Virus record (IMG/VR): IMGVR_UViG_2648501669_000005
Direction: 5' to 3' (one strand)
DNA: 4,313 bases
Source of the DNA: a virus
Taxonomy: Duplodnaviria > Heunggongvirae > Uroviricota > Caudoviricetes
Both the position numbers and the translations under genes were made by a program. The notes under the pieces are model-generated. The model ran no database searches. It was not told the DNA's origin and saw only the letters and a program-made list of their open reading frames with translations. Below, one piece after another: positions 1-4,313 of the stretch (position 1 is its first letter; each line of letters opens with the position of its first letter).

Positions 1-42
1 AAGTTGGAGTCATTACCAAATAAACATATCGAATTAACTTAA
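1..42 (+). CDS. 3' end of an upstream ORF running off the window start (possibly the major tail/tail tube gene, by position only)
   Basis: Frame 1 is open from base 1 to TAA at 40-42, directly abutting the Shine-Dalgarno of the next gene. Too short to judge coding potential; the other two frames carry stops. Confidence 0.25.
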   Translation, partial: KLESLPNKHIELT

Positions 43-49
43 GAGGAAA
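41..49 (+). promoter_or_regulatory. Shine-Dalgarno sequence (AAGAGGAAA) for the ORF starting at 55
   Basis: Purine-rich AAGAGGAAA lies 5 nt upstream of ATG at 55. Confidence 0.6.
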
Positions 50-54
50 CAAGA

Positions 55-363
55 ATGAATATTAATGAAATGCTGAAAGCTCTTTCTCCGAAACGCGAAT
101 CTCTGACCATCGGTGGATTCACTTTCTATGCTCGCCCTATGTCAGTAAAAGAATTTAACGAACATGTTTTCAATACCGATAAAGATGACCGTGATGAACG
201 TTCTATTCTTCGTTGTATTGAAGATGAAGACGGTAAACCAGTATTTGAATCTATGGAACAAGTTAAGGCACTGTATACTAACGTCCGCAGTGAATTAATC
301 GGTTTGGTTGCTCAAGCGTCATTGATGCAAGATCCGACAGTAATTGAAAACGAGGTAAAGTAA
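55..363 (+). CDS. putative phage tail assembly chaperone (lambda gpG-like position), 102 aa
   Basis: Complete ORF with a strong SD, located immediately upstream of the tape measure gene and followed by a -1 frame ORF, which is the conserved G/GT arrangement. Assignment is by synteny and size, not by a verified domain match. Confidence 0.6.
   Translation: MNINEMLKALSPKRESLTIGGFTFYARPMSVKEFNEHVFNTDKDDRDERSILRCIEDEDGKPVFESMEQVKALYTNVRSELIGLVAQASLMQDPTVIENEVK
354..363 (+). other. candidate -1 ribosomal frameshift site (G GTA AAG TAA) at the end of the chaperone ORF
   Basis: The 0-frame ends GAG GTA AAG TAA. The -1 frame is open from 348 (after TGA at 345-347) into the ORF starting at 393. An A AAG lysine codon followed directly by a stop resembles known Lys-tRNA slip contexts. 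Confidence 0.35.
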
Positions 364-392
364 ACCCGCTTCTGAATTTCTATTTTCGGCAA

Positions 393-734
393 ATGATGCG
401 ATCGGGGCTTAGTAAAGATGAAATGGATAATATGCCAATCACTCTGTTTTGGAAATTATACATTTTCGACACCTACTTAGAACCACAAAGCCCCGCGTTT
501 CATGATATGCAGAATGCGATGTTGCAATATTCCATGTATATGACGTCGCAAGGAATGACACGCGAAACTGCACGCAAACTCAAGCCTAGCCAATTCCAAT
601 TAATTAGAGAAGAAAAACTCTTTAAAACTAAAGAAGAACTGGAAGAAATTGCACGCAAGAAAGAAGAAGAACGTAAAGCGGCAATGCTGAACATGTTTGA
701 TCCATCTTTGCTTGAGAAACTCAGAAGCGGTTAA
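393..734 (+). CDS. putative T-like extension of the tail assembly chaperone (113 aa from first ATG), likely expressed mainly as a frameshift fusion with 55-363
   Basis: ORF is in the -1 frame relative to 55-363. No recognisable SD precedes ATG 393 (upstream is tattttcggcaaATGATG). It ends 11 nt before the tape measure start. The Lys/Glu-rich C-terminal part is typical of the GT segment. Confidence 0.5.
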   Translation: MMRSGLSKDEMDNMPITLFWKLYIFDTYLEPQSPAFHDMQNAMLQYSMYMTSQGMTRETARKLKPSQFQLIREEKLFKTKEELEEIARKKEEERKAAMLNMFDPSLLEKLRSG

Positions 735-739
735 AGGGG
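734..739 (+). promoter_or_regulatory. Shine-Dalgarno (AAGGGG) for the tape measure gene
   Basis: AAGGGG lies 6 nt upstream of ATG 746 and overlaps the stop of the preceding ORF, consistent with translational coupling. Confidence 0.55.
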
Positions 740-745
740 TAATTT

Positions 746-3175
746 ATGACAAAACATATAGTAACAATAGAAGGGGATAATAAAGGTCTAAGGAGAAGTA
801 CCAATGAAGCCGCCGACCTTCTCGATAGTTTGTCTGAAAAGGCAAGTAATATTGATTTTGGTGGTGGCTTATCTGGTCTGACTGGATCTCTTCGTGGGAT
901 CGCTGGCTCTGCTGGTTTGGCTGCTGGTGGTATCGGCTTAGTTGCGACCGCAGTGGTTGCAGCCGCTAAAGCTGGCGCGGAATACGTTAAACAATATTCA
1001 GAAGTATCTAAGGCGACCGGACTCTCGATTGAATCCCTTCAAAGACTGGAAAAGGAATTTTCTGGTACTGGCCTAACAGTTGAAAAATTCGGTGATATCA
1101 ACAAAGACACCTTAGATAAGATGGGTGATGCATGGGCTAACGGTGGTGGTATTGCTGATGACTTAGAATCGGTTGGTCTTAAGTTAGAAAACTATGCTCA
1201 CTTCATGACAGATCCGCAAGGTGGTATGAAAGCGGCGATCCAAGTGTTCTATGACATGAAGAAAGCCGGAAAATCAATGGCTGAAATCAAGTTCATGATG
1301 GAATCTTTAGCCAGTGATTCAAGCCATATGACCAGCCAGCTTGAGAAATATAATAGTGCTCAAGAGGCGATGATCGCTATTCAGAATCAATCTGTTAACG
1401 TCACCGAAGAAAACGCTAAAAAATATGATAAATTTTCTCAGAATATTAATAAGCTGGAAAATAACCTGAAAGGCGCAGCCATGACCATTACTGGTCCTTT
1501 GGTTGATAGCTTAAACTGGTTATTTGAATGGTTTAATATTGATTGGGAAAAGAGTTCTCTATTCAGGGCATTAGACCGTCTGAATAAAGAAGGTAAGACC
1601 GCAACTGGTGGTATTCTTAACACCAACCATAAAGACGCTCAAAAGATTATTGACAAGTACAATAAAGAAAAGCGTTGGAATAATCTAGCAGATTGGGAAA
1701 AGGCCGCGATCCGTGGTGCTGGTGTCGATCCTCGTACTGCTGGCTTTGATGTAGAAGGATTTAAGAAACGTTTTGGTGGGTCTTATAAGAAAAATGGTGC
1801 TCTGATTGTCGTAGATGCTGGTGAACATCTGACACGCAAGGCAGATCCTAACACTGATTTAACTCTACCAAATAAACCAGTAAGACCAGAATCATTGGGT
1901 AAATCTGGCAACGAGAAGAAAGCCGAGGAAGAAGCACGCAAGAAAGCGGAAGAGGCAGCTAAAAAGGCTAAGGAAGCCGCAGAAAAAGCACAGAAAGAAC
2001 GTGAGGATGCAATCAAGCGTCTGAATGCACTTGATGTTAAATTGCAAGGGCAAGTTGCAGCGTCTATTGCTTCTCAAAACAAGCAGTTAGAAGCCAGCTT
2101 GAAAGATTTGGATACTGCTTTAGATCTGGGCTTAATCTCTCAGCAAGACGCAGCCGCGAAACGCCAATCCTTAATCGATCAGAATACTGAAAACGTATAC
2201 AAGATGATTTTAGGTGCTGATCCGGTTGATGCTCTGAATGCTTTAACACAATTGCAACAAATCAGGGATAATGAGTTAGAAAGCCATAAACGGTTACTTG
2301 ATGGTAAGGCTATCTCCTACGAAGAATATATGCGTCGTGTGAATGATACCGAACAAAGTTATTCGCAGATTGAAGATTCTTTGCATGGAATGGATGGTTT
2401 TAAAACCAATCAGTTGACCAATAGCTTAGACTATCAGGACTCAAATAATCCGTTTGCTAAATTTAATGCAATCGATAAAGAGAAATCGGAAGCCGAACAA
2501 GATTATAAAACCGATAAACTCAAGATTGATGGGATCACCGATCCGGCTAAACGGATGGAAGAATTAGAAAAACTCAATGAAAACCATCAAAAACGAATGG
2601 CTGCAATTGAGAAGAAATATGCTGATGCTCGCCAGTCAATAGCCGATGATATGTACGGCGGTTTTGCTGCTGCAATGACTCTCTTCGGGCAGGAAAACAC
2701 TAAAGCTATGCAGATGGCTTTCAATGCTCATAAAGCATTCTCTATCGGACAAGCGACGGTGAACATGTGGACGGCTGCTACCGATGCATGGAACGATCCG
2801 ACCAACGTAACCACAGGTCAAAAAATCGCTGCTGCTGCATTGGCTGTTTCTCAGAACATGGGGAACATCGCAAACATCAAGTCTACTAACGTTAGCGGTA
2901 TGGCTCATGATGGTATCGATAATATCCCTCGTGAGGGTACATGGTTGCTTGATAAGGGTGAACGAGTAGTTGATCAGCGTACTAACGGTGATTTGAAAGA
3001 CTTCCTTGCTGCTCAAAAATCAGGCGGTGGCAACTCTCAGCCGATTGAAGTTAACGCACCTTTGAACATTAACGGCAACGTTAATAGCTCAGACAAGATG
3101 GTCATGGATGCTATCAAACGTCACGCTAAGTTAGTTGCTCAGGCGGTAGAAGACGCACAACGCCGTAAGATGTAA
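746..3175 (+). CDS. phage tail tape measure protein (tail length determinant), 809 aa
   Basis: Largest ORF, directly downstream of the chaperone pair. It has a Gly/Ala-rich hydrophobic segment near the N-terminus (GGGLSGLTGSLRGIAGSAGLAAGGIGLVATAVVAAAKAG), a central Lys/Glu/Ala-rich predicted coiled coil (KKAEEEARKKAEEAAKKAKEAAEKAQKERE) and a C-terminal hydrophobic Ala/Gly-rich segment. This composition and position are characteristic of tape measure proteins. Confidence 0.85.
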   Translation: MTKHIVTIEGDNKGLRRSTNEAADLLDSLSEKASNIDFGGGLSGLTGSLRGIAGSAGLAAGGIGLVATAVVAAAKAGAEYVKQYSEVSKATGLSIESLQRLEKEFSGTGLTVEKFGDINKDTLDKMGDAWANGGGIADDLESVGLKLENYAHFMTDPQGGMKAAIQVFYDMKKAGKSMAEIKFMMESLASDSSHMTSQLEKYNSAQEAMIAIQNQSVNVTEENAKKYDKFSQNINKLENNLKGAAMTITGPLVDSLNWLFEWFNIDWEKSSLFRALDRLNKEGKTATGGILNTNHKDAQKIIDKYNKEKRWNNLADWEKAAIRGAGVDPRTAGFDVEGFKKRFGGSYKKNGALIVVDAGEHLTRKADPNTDLTLPNKPVRPESLGKSGNEKKAEEEARKKAEEAAKKAKEAAEKAQKEREDAIKRLNALDVKLQGQVAASIASQNKQLEASLKDLDTALDLGLISQQDAAAKRQSLIDQNTENVYKMILGADPVDALNALTQLQQIRDNELESHKRLLDGKAISYEEYMRRVNDTEQSYSQIEDSLHGMDGFKTNQLTNSLDYQDSNNPFAKFNAIDKEKSEAEQDYKTDKLKIDGITDPAKRMEELEKLNENHQKRMAAIEKKYADARQSIADDMYGGFAAAMTLFGQENTKAMQMAFNAHKAFSIGQATVNMWTAATDAWNDPTNVTTGQKIAAAALAVSQNMGNIANIKSTNVSGMAHDGIDNIPREGTWLLDKGERVVDQRTNGDLKDFLAAQKSGGGNSQPIEVNAPLNINGNVNSSDKMVMDAIKRHAKLVAQAVEDAQRRKM

Positions 3176-3177
3176 TT

Positions 3178-3225
3178 AAAAGCCCCCATAGTCATAAATA
3201 ATCATAAAACTATGGGGGCTTTTCT
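3178..3225 (+). terminator. perfect 14-bp inverted repeat hairpin with an 18-nt loop followed by TTTTCT; candidate intrinsic terminator or attenuator, or an RBS-sequestering structure
   Basis: AAAAGCCCCCATAG (3178-3191) is the exact reverse complement of CTATGGGGGCTTTT (3210-3223). The loop is tcataaataatcataaaa. The T-run is short (4 T). The GGGGG of the 3' arm doubles as the SD of the ORF at 3226. Confidence 0.45.
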
Positions 3226-3786
3226 ATGTTCAAATCCAAGAATATTAAAATCACAGATTTTACTCTTAAATCAAAACAGCCTTTCTTCAAGGCGCAATCT
3301 ATCTCCGGTAAATTTCAACGTCGCTTTACTGGCATTCATTTTTACGAAGCAGAATTTACCGCGAATTACATGGCTCAGGATATTAACGAAGTAAAAGAAT
3401 TTGTAGCACGTCACCTTTTTGGTCGTCCTTTTAGTGTGCCACTGTCTTACTTTTCAAAATATACAGGTGATGTACGCCAGATGGTTACGGCTGCTGCTGG
3501 TACTGCTCGCGGTGGGCGTAAGGTGAGAATCTCCAACTTCACCGGAACACTGAAAGCGGGAACTATCATCCAGTTTGAGAACCACAAGAAAATCTACACG
3601 ATCACCGAAGATGTGAAATCAGGTGGCGAAATGAAACTCTTCCCTAATTTGCGTCAGAACGTCCTGGCTGGTGAGGTGATCAAGTATCAGAACGTAGAAG
3701 GTGAATTTGTTCTCAAAACGGAAAATATCGATTGGAAGATCGCCCAGATTGGCAAGATGAAATTCGAATTAGTGGAGAATGTATAA
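3226..3786 (+). CDS. phage tail component of unknown identity, 186 aa (position of distal tail / minor tail protein)
   Basis: Complete ORF starting 7 nt after a GGGGG SD, immediately downstream of the tape measure gene. Its stop overlaps the next start as TAATG. Function is assigned by synteny only. Confidence 0.55.
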   Translation: MFKSKNIKITDFTLKSKQPFFKAQSISGKFQRRFTGIHFYEAEFTANYMAQDINEVKEFVARHLFGRPFSVPLSYFSKYTGDVRQMVTAAAGTARGGRKVRISNFTGTLKAGTIIQFENHKKIYTITEDVKSGGEMKLFPNLRQNVLAGEVIKYQNVEGEFVLKTENIDWKIAQIGKMKFELVENV

Positions 3787-4112
3787 TGGCAACTATTCAG
3801 GAATCATTCAGCAAACTATGCACTAATCTGGACTTCATCGAGGTATACAACGACCAGACAGGTCAGAATGTGTCTAGATTGACTCTACCGCAGCTTTTCT
3901 CTACTGGCTCGATGTTTCACATTATCGAAGTGATAACAGCGTCAGGGGACGTTCTACGGCTTACAGATGGGTATTTCGATTTGGACTATAACGGTTTTAC
4001 ATATCTCGCAACGGGTGATTTTCTTCAAATCTCATCGAATACCGAAGAGAAGGAGATCAACAACAACGGGATCAACGTAACTGTTTCTAACGTTCGCGAA
4101 GAATACATTTGA
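3786..4112 (+). CDS. phage tail protein, 108 aa as encoded; probably 3'-truncated by the IS insertion (stop codon TGA is supplied by the IS terminus)
   Basis: ATG at 3786 overlaps the upstream stop (TAATG) and is preceded by GGAG at 3774-3777, so it is preferred over the in-frame ATG at 3732 given in the ORF track. The reading frame ends ...GAA TAC ATT TGA, where TGA is the first three bases of the IS end (TGAAGTGG...). Confidence 0.55.
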   Translation: MATIQESFSKLCTNLDFIEVYNDQTGQNVSRLTLPQLFSTGSMFHIIEVITASGDVLRLTDGYFDLDYNGFTYLATGDFLQISSNTEEKEINNNGINVTVSNVREEYI

Positions 4113-4313
4113 AGTGGTTTACTGAATTTGGCCACCTGAACAGAGGTGATATGCTCACCTCAGAACAACACAGGTGCCATAATGAAAAAAAGAAATTTCA
4201 GCGCAGAGTTTAAACGCGAATCCGCTCAACTGGTCGTTGACCAGAATTACACCGTGGCAGTACCAACCAGCCCTAACTAATCCGTCCACACCACAACGCA
4301 GCCCAGGGGCAAA
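4110..4313 (+). mobile_element. left end of an IS3-family insertion sequence (IS911-like): terminal inverted repeat, leader and start of orfA; extends beyond or is broken before the window end
   Basis: Begins with 5'-TG (TGAAGTGGTTTACTGAATTTGGCCACC...), typical of IS3-family termini. About 70 nt downstream is an ORF starting [26 protein letters not shown], which I recognise as the N-terminus of IS3-family OrfA (IS911-type). GC content is visibly higher than in the flanking phage DNA. Confidence 0.6.
4182..4280 (+). pseudogene. 5' fragment of the IS3-family transposase orfA (32 codons, then premature stop)
   Basis: ATG at 4182 is preceded by AGGTG. Translation is [32 protein letters not shown]. 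An intact OrfA is roughly 100 aa with a helix-turn-helix after this point. Here the sequence diverges after about 4260 and reaches TAA at 4278-4280. Confidence 0.45.

Noticed and set aside
500-694. 64-aa ORF on the minus strand
   Set aside because: Entirely antisense to the well-supported + strand chaperone ORF; Ser/Leu-rich low-complexity translation; no RBS. Typical shadow ORF.
923-930. GCTGGTGG octamer identical to the E. coli Chi site
   Set aside because: A single occurrence is within chance expectation for an 8-mer in 4.3 kb on two strands. It arises from Gly/Ala codons (GCT GGT GGT), and the host is unknown, so Chi specificity cannot be assumed.
1438-3016. Five minus-strand ORFs (1438-1626, 1783-2016, 1892-2077, 2064-2249, 2636-3016) inside the tape measure gene
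   Set aside because: All are antisense to the 809-aa + strand ORF, and several arise from the purine-rich KAEEA-coding tract. The translations are Cys/Ser/Phe-rich and low-complexity, with no start-site signals. Judged spurious.
3212-3394. 60-aa + strand ORF starting inside the palindrome
   Set aside because: Its ATG lies inside the 3' arm of the hairpin with no SD, and it overlaps the better-supported 3226-3786 ORF in another frame.
3732-3785. N-terminal extension of the last phage ORF (ATG at 3732 in the ORF track)
   Set aside because: This start overlaps the preceding gene by 55 nt and has no SD. ATG 3786 has a GGAG SD and the canonical TAATG stop-start overlap, so 3786 is the more likely start.
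1-4313. Searched for CRISPR arrays, tRNA-like structures, tandem DNA repeats, and reverse transcriptase or diversity-generating retroelement signatures
   Set aside because: No periodic direct repeats with spacers, no cloverleaf-compatible segments and no RT-like ORF were seen. The only repetitive region is the coding low-complexity Lys/Glu/Ala tract within the tape measure gene.

Overview
The whole window codes on the + strand and reads as the tail-morphogenesis segment of a tailed phage or prophage, with a long-tailed (siphovirus-like) gene order. It runs: 3' end of an upstream gene (1-42); two small ORFs in a G/GT-like tail assembly chaperone arrangement (55-363 and 393-734, the second in the -1 frame and lacking its own Shine-Dalgarno); an 809-aa tail tape measure protein (746-3175); a perfect 14-bp inverted-repeat hairpin (3178-3223); and two small translationally coupled tail-region proteins (3226-3786 and 3786-4112). 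At 4110 the phage sequence is interrupted by the left end of an IS3-family insertion sequence (IS911-like, from memory) whose first three bases (TGA) supply the stop codon of the last phage ORF. The IS orfA itself stops after 32 codons, and the final ~50 bp resemble neither phage nor IS. No rRNA, tRNA, CRISPR array or obvious defence system is visible. The points most worth a second look are the IS-truncated tail gene (probably a defective prophage), the candidate programmed frameshift, and the apparently broken IS. All functional calls rest on gene order, size and sequence composition and need homology searches to confirm.
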